This document shows, one piece after another, positions 18,314-28,183 of a DNA stretch of 64,000 bases. The stretch spans positions 96,001 to 160,000 of the forward strand of contig JAXGYC010000007.1 of NCBI GenBank assembly GCA_040772485.1. The letters run 5' to 3'. The notes under the pieces were generated by a model. The model was not told the origin of the DNA, made no database searches, and saw only the letters and a list, made by a program, of their open reading frames with translations. This DNA is from Sedimentisphaerales bacterium. Its GTDB lineage: Bacteria; Planctomycetota; Phycisphaerae; Sedimentisphaerales; Anaerobacaceae. A program made the translations under genes and the position numbers. Position 1 is the first letter of the stretch, and every line of letters begins with the position of its first letter.

Positions 18314-19270
18314 TCACGTTGCCCCAATCTTGCGGCGTCCTATAACAACGGCTTTCCGGGGCTTGGGGTCGGCCTGGGTCAGTGCGGCGAGGAGCCAGAG
18401 CTGGCCGAACATGAGCATGACGGCGGCCGGCATCATCACCAGACCGGCGAAATCGTGAAAGAATTTTTCAGCTGTCTCCGTGCTGGCGTGCAGGAAAAGG
18501 ACGGCTGTTGCGACGAGGCGGAGGACATTGCACAGTACGGCTACGGGGATACTGGACAAGACGAGAACGGTCTTTTGCCACGTGGGGCGCTTGACCATGT
18601 AGGCAACGAAGGCGGCGACGATGATGAAGGCGGTCAGCATACGCAGGCCGCTGCACGCCTCCGCGACCGCCATCGGGATCCGCCCGTCGAGCGTGACCAC
18701 GTTGCCCTGCTGGCTGACGCGGACGCCGAACGCCTCCAGGACGAACACCGAGCCGGTGGAGGCGAAGCTCTGGAGCGGGCCGTTGATGAGGTTGTGGATG
18801 CGGCCGGGCAGAGGGACCATCAGGAACAAAAACAGCAGAATCCATTTGACCCGCCAGAAGACCTCGGTCCCGGCCACCAGCAGGACCAGGGCCACGATGG
18901 TCAGCACGAGCGAGTAACGGTCGGCCGATTCGAACAGGAACAGCACGCCATAGGCCCGCGCCGCCTGCGCCAGGAGCAGCAAGGCCAACCCGCCCGCCCA
19001 GCACGGCCGCAATGTCAGGTCAGCCAGGCGTTTGCGAGCCACCCAGACGAAGAAGAGGGCCACCAGAGGCACGAGCTGCCCGGCCGAGTAGTCGTCGTCC
19101 CGCTGCCACTCCTTGAAGAGGTCCACGATGGTTGGCCAGTAGGCCCAGCCGGTCAGCAGCGCCAGAAGCGCTATGACCGGGATCAGCCTGGCGGCGGACT
19201 CGGACAGCAGACCCTCGTCGGATCGTGCTGCGGCCGCCCTGCGTCGAATGATACGTTCCACCACGTTCAT
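18314..19270 (-). CDS. Exosortase (EpsH family)
   Basis: Multi-TM protein with catalytic Cys (VAEACSGLRML), Arg (NVLR) and His (FFHDFAG). Confidence 0.93.
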   Translation of the reverse strand: MNVVERIIRRRAAAARSDEGLLSESAARLIPVIALLALLTGWAYWPTIVDLFKEWQRDDDYSAGQLVPLVALFFVWVARKRLADLTLRPCWAGGLALLLLAQAARAYGVLFLFESADRYSLVLTIVALVLLVAGTEVFWRVKWILLFLFLMVPLPGRIHNLINGPLQSFASTGSVFVLEAFGVRVSQQGNVVTLDGRIPMAVAEACSGLRMLTAFIIVAAFVAYMVKRPTWQKTVLVLSSIPVAVLCNVLRLVATAVLFLHASTETAEKFFHDFAGLVMMPAAVMLMFGQLWLLAALTQADPKPRKAVVIGRRKIGAT

Positions 19271-19299
19271 TTCCCCTGTATGTCGAGAGGTCTGTTGTG

Positions 19300-20007
19300 T
19301 CAGTTTGAGCCGGCGGTCGGCTCCGGGCCGTGGAACAGCGCCGCAATCAGGGGCGCCGATCGGACGGCGAAATCGCCCGCCGAACGCATGGCAGCTTCCG
19401 CCGGCGCGCCCTCGGCGATCCCGACGACGACCTGGACCTGGGCGATGTACCCGATTCGTGTCCACAGCAGTTTGTAGCGCCACTCCGACACGTCGCGGCA
19501 GTACTGGCCGTCGACGAGGTAGTAGTACAGGACGAAGACCCTGTTGTTGTTCAGGACGCCCCGTGAGAACTGCATCGCGTTGCAGGGCAGCACGCCGCCG
19601 TCATCGAGCGGCAAATCGGGCAGTTCGTGCTTGACGAGCGTATAGCCGCTGCCGACATAGCAGACTTCCGGACGGTGCGGCATCAGGTCGCGGGCCCGCA
19701 CGCCCGAGGCGATCCACAGCGAGACCGCCCCGAAGCCGGTGTTGGAGACGTACTGGCGGCTCACGTGCGCATCGGTGTCGGTGGCCTCGATGATATTCGC
19801 ATCGACCGCCGTATCGCGGCCGGTCCAGCCGCCGATCTCCAGCGGCAGGCGGTCCAGCGACTCCTGCGAGACCGGCGTCGTGTTGACCGGTGCCGCCATC
19901 TTCGCCTCCACCGCGCGATAGCCCAACCCGAACAGCAGCATCAGGCCCCCCGCCACCGCCGCAGCCACCGTGGCCCGGCGTGAGGAGGACAGGTTCTTCT
20001 CAGTCAT
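19300..20007 (-). CDS. epsI: EpsI family exosortase-associated protein
   Basis: LPLEIGGWTG and HRPEVCYVGSGY motifs; adjacent to exosortase. Confidence 0.88.
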   Translation of the reverse strand: MTEKNLSSSRRATVAAAVAGGLMLLFGLGYRAVEAKMAAPVNTTPVSQESLDRLPLEIGGWTGRDTAVDANIIEATDTDAHVSRQYVSNTGFGAVSLWIASGVRARDLMPHRPEVCYVGSGYTLVKHELPDLPLDDGGVLPCNAMQFSRGVLNNNRVFVLYYYLVDGQYCRDVSEWRYKLLWTRIGYIAQVQVVVGIAEGAPAEAAMRSAGDFAVRSAPLIAALFHGPEPTAGSN

Positions 20008-21203
20008 CTCACTTGCCCTTGTGTCGTGTCAGAACCGACGGAACAAAGCATGTACTGCGTCAGCGCGTGGAACACCCACGCCTGCGCCCATCTCATGTAC
20101 GGAATCCTGTTGGTGAAGTAGCGCGTTCGTCGCGAGTAGAAATAGCCCCGGGGACTGCGCATGTTGCGGAGCATCCACGTCAGGACGCGCTCCGTCAAGT
20201 CGCGCCACGCCGGTCGCATCGCGGAGAAGAAACTGATCGCCTCCGCGGCCGCGTGGATGTCGATCGGATAGACGCGGTCGTGGTAGTACTTCGGCGTGCC
20301 ATCGTCGAGGAAGAAGTGATCCGCGTAGTAGCGGACCCCTCTGTCGTACGCCTGGCGATACCGTGCGGCGTCGCTTTGATCCAGAAAGTACCGCAGCGCC
20401 TCGAGATTGAAGCCGGTGTGGAACGAATCGATCCAGCGGTAGGACCGCGCGTTTCCATAGTACCAGGACCCATCCTCCTGCTGGTATCGCATGGAGTACG
20501 CCAGACTGGACCACGCCGCATCCTCACAGGCGGAATCCGAAGCGTGTTCCGCCAGCCGGATGAGAATCGAGGCCCCCAGCATGTTGGCGTTGTGGACTAC
20601 GTCGGTGTCGACCGGAGTGTAGCTGAAGCAGAACGAATCTCCCTCGGCCGTCCGATGCAGGTCGTTCAGGAGGAACTCCTTGATCGGGACGGCCATGTCC
20701 AGGGCTTGTTGCAGACCGGTGTACGCGTAGCAGTCCAGCAGGGCATGGCCGATGAAGGACGTGTTGACGATCGTGGGGACGCCGCGCGGGCGGAAGAAGG
20801 CCCGCGACTGCCAGTCGAAGTTGTAACCCCAGGCGTTGCCGGAGCAATCGGCCGATTTCAGCCGGTCGAGCAGATCGAGCAGATAGCGTATCTTGTCGAG
20901 GTCTTCCTCCCGCTGATAGAGCTTGAAGAGCCTGGCGTATCCCCACAGGAACAGGCCGATCCCCTTGGGGTTGTGTCCCTTTTCGACCCCCAGCAGCGGT
21001 CGCAGGTTCACGGGGCAGCGGCGCAGGGCCTGGGTGAAAGCCATTCGAGCCCATTTCGATTTGCCGCTGATTCGTCGAATCAGCGGGCTGTTCAGGGCAT
21101 CGTAGGGATCGTAGCCGGCGTAGTCCGACGACTCCACGAAGCCCAGCAGACCGTTGAGGGCCTCGGTGACGTTCACCTCGGTTGGATTGGTCAATTGGAG
21201 CAT
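20004..21203 (-). CDS. EPS-cluster (alpha/alpha)-barrel-like protein of the YDPYD family
   Basis: GYDPYDALNS, WGYNFDWQSR, WIDSFHTGF and YMRWAQAW motifs; paralog at 62196..63500. Confidence 0.8.
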   Translation of the reverse strand: MLQLTNPTEVNVTEALNGLLGFVESSDYAGYDPYDALNSPLIRRISGKSKWARMAFTQALRRCPVNLRPLLGVEKGHNPKGIGLFLWGYARLFKLYQREEDLDKIRYLLDLLDRLKSADCSGNAWGYNFDWQSRAFFRPRGVPTIVNTSFIGHALLDCYAYTGLQQALDMAVPIKEFLLNDLHRTAEGDSFCFSYTPVDTDVVHNANMLGASILIRLAEHASDSACEDAAWSSLAYSMRYQQEDGSWYYGNARSYRWIDSFHTGFNLEALRYFLDQSDAARYRQAYDRGVRYYADHFFLDDGTPKYYHDRVYPIDIHAAAEAISFFSAMRPAWRDLTERVLTWMLRNMRSPRGYFYSRRTRYFTNRIPYMRWAQAWVFHALTQYMLCSVGSDTTQGQVR

Positions 21204-21210
21204 CGCTGCC

Positions 21211-21864
21211 TCAGCGCACGCCGATCAGTCGAGCGTGGGTGTATGCGATGGCCTCGGAGACGACCGTTCGAAATCCTTCGCTGTAGGCCCACCAGCGCTG
21301 CGGATCGTAGTCCTGCGGAGGGACCACGCAGACCCCCAATTCGAATGCATGCGGCAGGACCTTCCGGAATGTGAGGTAGCTTCTGCGGGCGTGGGGACCG
21401 GTGGTGACGAGATTGGCCCGCTTGACGTCGGGGTTCTTCTGCAACCATTCGCGGACTTCGAGAGCCGCCGCATAGGTCCGCCCCCTGTCCACGGCCTGGT
21501 AGGGAACGACCACGATCTGCTCCTCGTTGACGCCCAGCTTCGCCAGCGTCGCGGCCACCACTTCCGCGTTGTTCTTGTACGCGGACAAATGAGACCCCGC
21601 GCCGATCGGCCCGCCCGTGGCAAGGATCAACCGGTTCGGGCCCGCCGTGAGCATCGGCAGGCTCCGTTCGAGCGTGTGGTCCGGCACCCACCCTTCGGTG
21701 ATGAACACCTCGGCGTCGACCGCATTCTCATAGGCCAGGAACGGATAGGCACGATACACGCCCAGGAACGACAGCCCCACCATGGCCGCCACCAGCAGGA
21801 ACCAGCCCCGAAGCGTGGGCACGTAGATCTGTCTCTTGACGAAGAGCTTGAATCGAATACGCAT
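21211..21864 (-). CDS. YdcF/DUF218-like protein
   Basis: N-terminal TM; ITEGW, ATGGP and VTTGPHARRS motifs. Confidence 0.75.
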   Translation of the reverse strand: MRIRFKLFVKRQIYVPTLRGWFLLVAAMVGLSFLGVYRAYPFLAYENAVDAEVFITEGWVPDHTLERSLPMLTAGPNRLILATGGPIGAGSHLSAYKNNAEVVAATLAKLGVNEEQIVVVPYQAVDRGRTYAAALEVREWLQKNPDVKRANLVTTGPHARRSYLTFRKVLPHAFELGVCVVPPQDYDPQRWWAYSEGFRTVVSEAIAYTHARLIGVR

Positions 21865-21918
21865 GCAGTAGATTCAGGGCTTTTGATCTAGGCCGCGTCA
21901 GACGGGATGAAATACAAC

Positions 21919-23052
21919 CTATCGGGGATTCTGACAGACTACGCTGGTCCTGGGAGCGCCGTTCATGTCTCGAATCACCTCGGACATGCTGCGGAACCTG
22001 ACGTCGCCGCTCTCGCCGAGTCGAGCGAGAAACCGCTCGAAGTGTCTGTCGTTGACGAAGTCTTTGGTGTGTCCGATCAACACAAGAGGCCCGCCGCCGC
22101 ATCGGGCGTGCTTCTGCACCCGCCGCAGCATGTCCCGGCTGGACAACTTGCAGTAGTCGAACATGATGGCCTGACTGGTCAGCGCTCTCTTGAGCCCGCC
22201 GCGAAGCGATGGGACGGAACTGAACTTCTTCGCCTCGCTCTGCCCCGCGGAGCCAGAGCGTTCCGACCGCCTGCGTCTGAGCGCTGCGCGAACCGTTGTC
22301 CACTTGAGGTTCTTCCAGTACGGCTGTATCTCCGCGCTGACCGACAGCTCCAGCACGTGCTCGCCGGGTTTGCCTTCGGCGGTGAGGTCATCTTCCGTCG
22401 TCCACCACACGGTCTTGTCTGTGGTGACGTGTGAGTAATCGACCAGGGTGGCGCCTGTTGCGGCGACGGCCTTCCTGTACCCTTTCACGACGGAGCTGTC
22501 GCCTTTGAGTCCCAGTGCTTTCATAGCGGCAATGATCTGCCGCGACGGCTCCGCGCAAAAGCCGCCCGCGCGGAGGCAGATGCACTCGTAATCCGCCTTG
22601 ACCGGCCCGATCATGTCCTCCAGCGTGCTTTTGCCTTTGTGCAGCAGCCCGGTGATGGATGCCATCCGATCGTGATCCTCCGGATTATCGGACAGGTCGG
22701 CCAGCCGCCACCGGGACGTGTTCAACTGCCACGCACGCCCATCGTACACGGCGTCGATCCACTGAGGATGGAGATGCAGTTGGACGTCGTGACCTTGGGC
22801 GACCGCATCGGTCGCCTGCTTTCTCATCTCTTCGCACGGCGAGTAGCCCAGATTGCGGCGAAGCTGGGTGTCATAGCGCTCGAACGCCCAGTACTCCGCC
22901 ACTTCGAAGAAGATCGTCATCTTCGCGTGGTGCGCGTTGCAGAGACTCAGGATGCGATGGGCCGGCTCGACGACGTCTGTCCGGACGTCGCCCAAGCCGT
23001 TCCCGAATATCTCGTAGTCGAGGGTGAGAATGCAGTCGGTTGTCGCAGTCAT
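21919..23052 (-). CDS. Polysaccharide deacetylase family protein
   Basis: LTLDYE, HDVQLHLHPQW, RAGG and IGHTK motifs. Confidence 0.8.
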   Translation of the reverse strand: MTATTDCILTLDYEIFGNGLGDVRTDVVEPAHRILSLCNAHHAKMTIFFEVAEYWAFERYDTQLRRNLGYSPCEEMRKQATDAVAQGHDVQLHLHPQWIDAVYDGRAWQLNTSRWRLADLSDNPEDHDRMASITGLLHKGKSTLEDMIGPVKADYECICLRAGGFCAEPSRQIIAAMKALGLKGDSSVVKGYRKAVAATGATLVDYSHVTTDKTVWWTTEDDLTAEGKPGEHVLELSVSAEIQPYWKNLKWTTVRAALRRRRSERSGSAGQSEAKKFSSVPSLRGGLKRALTSQAIMFDYCKLSSRDMLRRVQKHARCGGGPLVLIGHTKDFVNDRHFERFLARLGESGDVRFRSMSEVIRDMNGAPRTSVVCQNPR

Positions 23053-23134
23053 GGTCGGCTTGGGGACAATGCGTCTGTCGCAGAAACAGGCTGGGTCGGC
23101 GACTCCAGGATGCGATGCCGCAGATGCGGCGCGC

Positions 23135-26100
23135 TTACGCGCACTTTCGCTTTCGGTCTCTCCGGCGGAGAAGGATCATGTAGATCGTCAATGCCGCGTA
23201 GGGAAGCAGGAATGCAATGACACTTTCGCGGGATGCGTGGGACAGCGAGCAACCGCCGCCGCCTCCGCCACCACCACCCCCGCCGCTGCTGCCGCCGTCG
23301 TCCCCATCCCATGTGCCGTCGCCGTCTTCGTCGACGAAGGATTCGAGCAGATAGTACGGCGTGAAGTGGGTCGTTCGGAAGCGAAGCGCCTTGAGCGTGT
23401 CGCTCAAATCCACGACCTGGATATTCGTTATGTTCTGCTGGCTGAGCGTCCCGGTCTGAGAGACGTACCAGCATGGCACGGGTGTGCCGCCGCTGTAGTC
23501 GGCCGCCGGATAAGGAATGGTCACCGTCACCGGCTGGTTGAACTGAAGACCGCTCGGTCCGAAATCGTAGGATAGCACGTTCGACGACAAAATGGACTGC
23601 GGATTGAGCAGTCGCGCAATGGTTATCGTGACATCGTGCGGGCACGCCCCGGCGGGAATCACCACGGAGACATCGTTCAGCGAGGCAGGCGGAACGACGC
23701 CGATGGTCCGACCGGTCGAGGCGGTCACCAATTCGGATTCGAGCAGGTCCGGAGCCATGTACGTGCTGCCGGCGTAATAGATGTACTCCGCGACGTTGCG
23801 GCTGTCGGTCCAGAGCAGGTACGGATGCCCGTAGCGATCTACTCCCATCGCCGGCTCGCTCTGGTCCGATCCGGTTCCGCTGTCACCCACGAGGACGTTC
23901 GTCCCCTGGCCCGCCGAGACGTCCACGAAATACAGGTCCGTATCGCGGCCGCTTGCGTTGGCGTTTCTCTCGTCAGTCCAGCACAGGAAGACCCTCAGGT
24001 TGTCGCCGGTACTGCCGGCCACGGCAATCGAGGGCGCCGTCTGGTCGGCCCCGGAGGTGTCATCCACGATGTTCGCCCCGGCCAAAGGACTGCCGGGCAT
24101 CCCATCTGAGGATGCATAGCGGATGGTCGCGTCCGTCCCCGCATCATCGACCCATGCGAAATGGAGGACCGTCCCGGCCGACTCGGTCGCAACGACGGGA
24201 GCCGACTGGCTGCCGGCGCCCGTTGCCACAGCCACATTCGTCCACGGACCGCTGTTGGATGCGACGCCGTAGACATCGTTCGTTCCGTTGCGGCCGTCCG
24301 TCCAGACCAGATACACGGTGTTCGACGCGTTCACAGCGATTGCGGGATCCGTCTGATCGGAGGCGTTCGTGGTGACCTGCGTGATCGTCTTGGTCGAGAA
24401 TGCGTTGCTGGAGGTCGCGATATAGATGTCCTGATTGCCCGCGCCGTCGTCCTGCCAGGCAACGCAGGCGCGATTGGGCGATTGCGAATCGACGGCGATC
24501 GCAGGGCGAATCTGGTTGTCGTCGGAATCGGTGATTCGCGTTTCCGCCGACCAGGTCAAGCCGTCGCCGGAGGTCCGGATGTAGATATCCCAGTTTCCTC
24601 GTCGACGGTCCTGCCACACGACGTACAGAGTATCGTCGCTGCCGATCGCGATGGCCGGAAAGCACTGGTCGCTGCTGTCGGTGGTCAACTGGATCGGGCC
24701 TGCGAAGTTGGCGTTGCCCAGGGTCAGCTTGCTGACGTAGATGTCCCGCTGGCCGGCGGCGCCGGCGTGGTAGGCGAGCCAGATGTTGCCAGCGCTGTCG
24801 CAAACCGTTGCCGGACTGGTCTTGTCAACATCGTCCGGGGCCCAACTGGCCGGGTGGTTGTCGCCGAATACCCGCATCTCCGTGGTGAACGAACAATTGT
24901 ACGGCGTCATGGCGTTGCCGGCCAGGTCCGATGCCGTGACGCGGACCGATACCTGCTGGTCAAAACGGAATGCCTCGGCCGGCTGGTAGGCGTAGCGGTA
25001 GCTGGCCTGCGTCCCCGTGCGGCGGCAGACGCCGTAGACGCTCTGGTAGCTTGCCGCGTTGCCCGAATAGACAAGTTGATCGTTGACGCGGATCGTCACG
25101 GTGCCGGCGTCGACGCCCTGTCCGGCGTCGGAAACGGTCAGCCCGATCACCGGATTGACCGGGACCTGAATCGCATCCGCCGCCGGATAGCTGGCCGCCG
25201 CCGTCGGAGCCGTGAGGTCCGGCGTGACGTTGGCCACTGTGATCGTGATCGGTTCGGAATCGGTCAGCTCGCCGTCGGTGACGGTGAACGTGACGGAATA
25301 GGTGCCGGCCTGCTCGTACGTCGGCACCCAGGTGAAGGTCTGGCCCGTGAAGTTGGCGCCCGACGGAAGGCCCGTGGCCGAGTAGGTCAGACTGTGCCCG
25401 TCTGAATCTGTGGCGCTGACCGAGAAGCTCAACAAAGAGCTCTCATTCACGTTCTTGTTGCCGATGGCTGCAAGGACCGGTGCATTGTTGACCACCTCGG
25501 CGACGGTGATGGCAATGGTCTGCGTCACGGGGATCTGACCGTCGGTGACGCCGAACGTGACCCAGTGCGTGCCGCCCTGTGTGTTCGTCGGCGTCCATGT
25601 GAACACCCGCGTCGCCGGCGTGAAACTGGCCCCCGCCGGAACTCCACTCGCCGAATAGGTCAGCGTGTCCCCATCGCCGTCCGAGGCCCCCACCGTGAAG
25701 GTGAGCGTCGCGTTCTCGGCTACGGCCTTGTCGCCGATCGCCTGAAACACCGGCGCGCGATTGCCGCTGCTCGCGGTGGCCGCCGATGCGATGTTCGACA
25801 GGTCCGCTATCGTGGTTCCGCTATCGTTGCTCGTCTTGATGCCGACGTAGTAGGTCGCGCCGGGATTCAGGCCGCTGATCGTGAACGACTGCGAGTCGCC
25901 CACGTCTTGCGGCTCCGGCTCGCCCTGCACCTGCGTAGCCGCATCCCAATTGGCCTGCGTGATGACGCTGGTAGCGTACCGAATGTCATACCGCCCCGGC
26001 CGATCCGAACTCCCATCCGCCCCCGGGATCGTCCACCCCACCGTCACCGAATTCTGACTCCCCCCGGAACCCGCCAAGTCCTCAACCGGCTCCAGCACAT

Positions 26101-26461
26101 ACTCATACGCCCCAATATCCCAGCCCCCCCCCTGCGGCCGCGGCCTCCCCGCAATATCCTTGCGAATATCGATCCCATACAACTCCTCAAACCGCGCAAA
26201 CACCTCCTCCACCACCCCATCCGCCGTCCCCGCCTCCATCGTAGGGCTACTCTCGAGCGGGCGAAAATTCCCTGCCGCAGCATCTGACAGAAGAGCATCT
26301 ACCTCAGAACACCCGATCCCCTCTCCCGTACCCGCCTGAAAGGCGCTGACACTATCGTAGTCGCCACCCCATATAATGCGAACACTGTTGTTGTGCTGGT
26401 GCAGTAGGCTGTGGCTCATTGTGGACCTTTCGGGTGTACCACTTCCAGCGGCAATCCACAC
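23135..26461 (-). CDS. C-terminal part of a giant surface protein (FN3, Ig/cadherin-like repeats, propeller-like repeats, ZU5-like, Gly-rich/Cys C-terminal anchor)
   Basis: DIGAYEY motif; two NxAPV...FTWxPT repeats; PAIA...VW.D.R.GN.DIY repeats; FGPSGLQFNQPVTVTIP; TTHFT; GGGGC-TM-RRRDRKRK. Confidence 0.8.
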   Translation of the reverse strand: MWIAAGSGTPERSTMSHSLLHQHNNSVRIIWGGDYDSVSAFQAGTGEGIGCSEVDALLSDAAAGNFRPLESSPTMEAGTADGVVEEVFARFEELYGIDIRKDIAGRPRPQGGGWDIGAYEYVLEPVEDLAGSGGSQNSVTVGWTIPGADGSSDRPGRYDIRYATSVITQANWDAATQVQGEPEPQDVGDSQSFTISGLNPGATYYVGIKTSNDSGTTIADLSNIASAATASSGNRAPVFQAIGDKAVAENATLTFTVGASDGDGDTLTYSASGVPAGASFTPATRVFTWTPTNTQGGTHWVTFGVTDGQIPVTQTIAITVAEVVNNAPVLAAIGNKNVNESSLLSFSVSATDSDGHSLTYSATGLPSGANFTGQTFTWVPTYEQAGTYSVTFTVTDGELTDSEPITITVANVTPDLTAPTAAASYPAADAIQVPVNPVIGLTVSDAGQGVDAGTVTIRVNDQLVYSGNAASYQSVYGVCRRTGTQASYRYAYQPAEAFRFDQQVSVRVTASDLAGNAMTPYNCSFTTEMRVFGDNHPASWAPDDVDKTSPATVCDSAGNIWLAYHAGAAGQRDIYVSKLTLGNANFAGPIQLTTDSSDQCFPAIAIGSDDTLYVVWQDRRRGNWDIYIRTSGDGLTWSAETRITDSDDNQIRPAIAVDSQSPNRACVAWQDDGAGNQDIYIATSSNAFSTKTITQVTTNASDQTDPAIAVNASNTVYLVWTDGRNGTNDVYGVASNSGPWTNVAVATGAGSQSAPVVATESAGTVLHFAWVDDAGTDATIRYASSDGMPGSPLAGANIVDDTSGADQTAPSIAVAGSTGDNLRVFLCWTDERNANASGRDTDLYFVDVSAGQGTNVLVGDSGTGSDQSEPAMGVDRYGHPYLLWTDSRNVAEYIYYAGSTYMAPDLLESELVTASTGRTIGVVPPASLNDVSVVIPAGACPHDVTITIARLLNPQSILSSNVLSYDFGPSGLQFNQPVTVTIPYPAADYSGGTPVPCWYVSQTGTLSQQNITNIQVVDLSDTLKALRFRTTHFTPYYLLESFVDEDGDGTWDGDDGGSSGGGGGGGGGGGCSLSHASRESVIAFLLPYAALTIYMILLRRRDRKRKCA

Positions 26462-26703
26462 GTGGGGGGGGAGGACTCCAAACTGCAGGCAGAAGTTGTC
26501 CGTAAGACTGCAGATGATGTTGTTAGTCAGGTGGACTTCTGAAGTAGGTCCTGCTTCCTGCAGGTTTCCCTAAGATCACACATTGTAGATGACATTATTT
26601 ATTACGTGCACGTCGAATGTCCTATACCCACCAATGGCATAGCCGCCGGACCAGGGGCTGTTCTCAAGCGGATCACCGGTAATGATATCATGAATCACGT
26701 TTC

Positions 26704-28116
26704 CTACGAGATAAACCACTTGGAGTCGTGGGTTCTGATTCCTCGGTCGCAATCGTAAACTTCATTGAACAAATGCCAAGCTCTCTCCTGGTAGGGGTAT
26801 TTCGGCGTTTCGTGGTCGGACTCTATCACGATGGCCGTTGCCATGGCCCCGACAGAGCCATGAATATCATAGAAGGCATTCTGTGAGGAAATGGTGTCCC
26901 AAGCAACTTTGGATACCATGCAGCATTCTCGGCAAGTATGAATCACGTTTCTCCCGACATAGGAGAAGGTGGGGGGGAACTGCGTGTTATCATCAATGCC
27001 ATACGTGTTGAGGTGGACACCCCCTCCATCGATGTTGTGAATATGGTTGTCCACAACCCACGTGCGATATGCATTATGATGGATGTAGACACCATAGCTG
27101 TCTTTTGGGTCCACTCCCTCTTCCCAGTAACTCCAATCCGTCTGGCCCATGTTGTAGATATGGTTACCGTAGACAACCACATCGCTTACGAGATTTGGGT
27201 CCTGATAACAGGCGTAGGCCCCATGTGGCCAACCTACATTGACGGCATGGCCCCGTACATCCTCTTTGTGTAGAATCGAATGACGAATAACAACATGGTC
27301 CGTCTTGTGACCGTCATAGCCAAGCGGCCAAATCTCGACGCCATTCTGAAAGTCCAGATGCTCTGCAACGAGAAAGGTACCCTCTGCCGAGATTCCTCTC
27401 GTCAGGACGCCAACAATTGCAGGTAGGGAACCCCCACCGCCTCGGAAGAAGACTGGCTTGTCCGCTGTGCCACAGCCCTGTATAGGGAGACGATAGTCTG
27501 CTTGCACAAGACCTTTTGTCTCCGTGGTGTAGGGGCCACCGTGGATCTCAACAACCGAGCCTTCCGGCACACCCAACGGGAGCGTCGCTCGCGGCTTGGC
27601 CGGTGTGCCGCATGCGTTTTCGCTATCGGTGGCGTTGGGATCGGTGTTGTCCACATAATGCGTGTAATACCCACCTTCCGTGTTCCGGTGATAGGTCAGG
27701 TCCGGGTTCCTGCTGGCTGGGTTGTCGTACATCCTATAGGTTTCGAAGATGCCGAATTCGGGCGTGGGGATTCCTATGGGCGGCTGCCAAGTCTTGAAGT
27801 TGGCGGTGATGGATTTGTTCGAATCCATCGTCACGCGACCGATGAGACGCTTGCCCCGCAGATCGCCGGACCAGTGGCTGAAGCAATATCCCGCCTCCGG
27901 CCGGGGAATCAATTCGACGGTCTCATCTTCATCGTACTGGGCTTTCACGGGAGTGATATCAACGGAGCCGTGATCAGCCGTTACGGTCAGGGTGTAGGCA
28001 GCCGCCTGTGCCTGTATCACCGTGCAACACGCGAGAAGCACGATTAGCCATGAGAATATTGGACCCTTTGCCCTCATGCACATTGTCCTTTTTCCTATAG
28101 TATAGATAACAATCAC
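26704..28116 (-). CDS. N-terminal part of the same surface protein (signal peptide, InlB-B-like repeat, right-handed beta-helix)
   Basis: Signal peptide; GYCFSHWSGD; NHIYN/NHIHN/NVIH repeats. Reading continues into 26461 through a frameshift and two stops. Confidence 0.75.
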   Translation of the reverse strand: MIVIYTIGKRTMCMRAKGPIFSWLIVLLACCTVIQAQAAAYTLTVTADHGSVDITPVKAQYDEDETVELIPRPEAGYCFSHWSGDLRGKRLIGRVTMDSNKSITANFKTWQPPIGIPTPEFGIFETYRMYDNPASRNPDLTYHRNTEGGYYTHYVDNTDPNATDSENACGTPAKPRATLPLGVPEGSVVEIHGGPYTTETKGLVQADYRLPIQGCGTADKPVFFRGGGGSLPAIVGVLTRGISAEGTFLVAEHLDFQNGVEIWPLGYDGHKTDHVVIRHSILHKEDVRGHAVNVGWPHGAYACYQDPNLVSDVVVYGNHIYNMGQTDWSYWEEGVDPKDSYGVYIHHNAYRTWVVDNHIHNIDGGGVHLNTYGIDDNTQFPPTFSYVGRNVIHTCRECCMVSKVAWDTISSQNAFYDIHGSVGAMATAIVIESDHETPKYPYQERAWHLFNEVYDCDRGIRTHDSKWFIS

Positions 28117-28183
28117 CCTCCAATGCTAACGGGTCTACTGGCGATTTGACCTCGGTAGTACCAGGCGAGTCTCTGCATGGGCT

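Noticed and set aside
19271..19483. Upstream extension of the exosortase ORF
   Set aside because: Overlaps epsI in another frame. The ATG at 19270 is more plausible.
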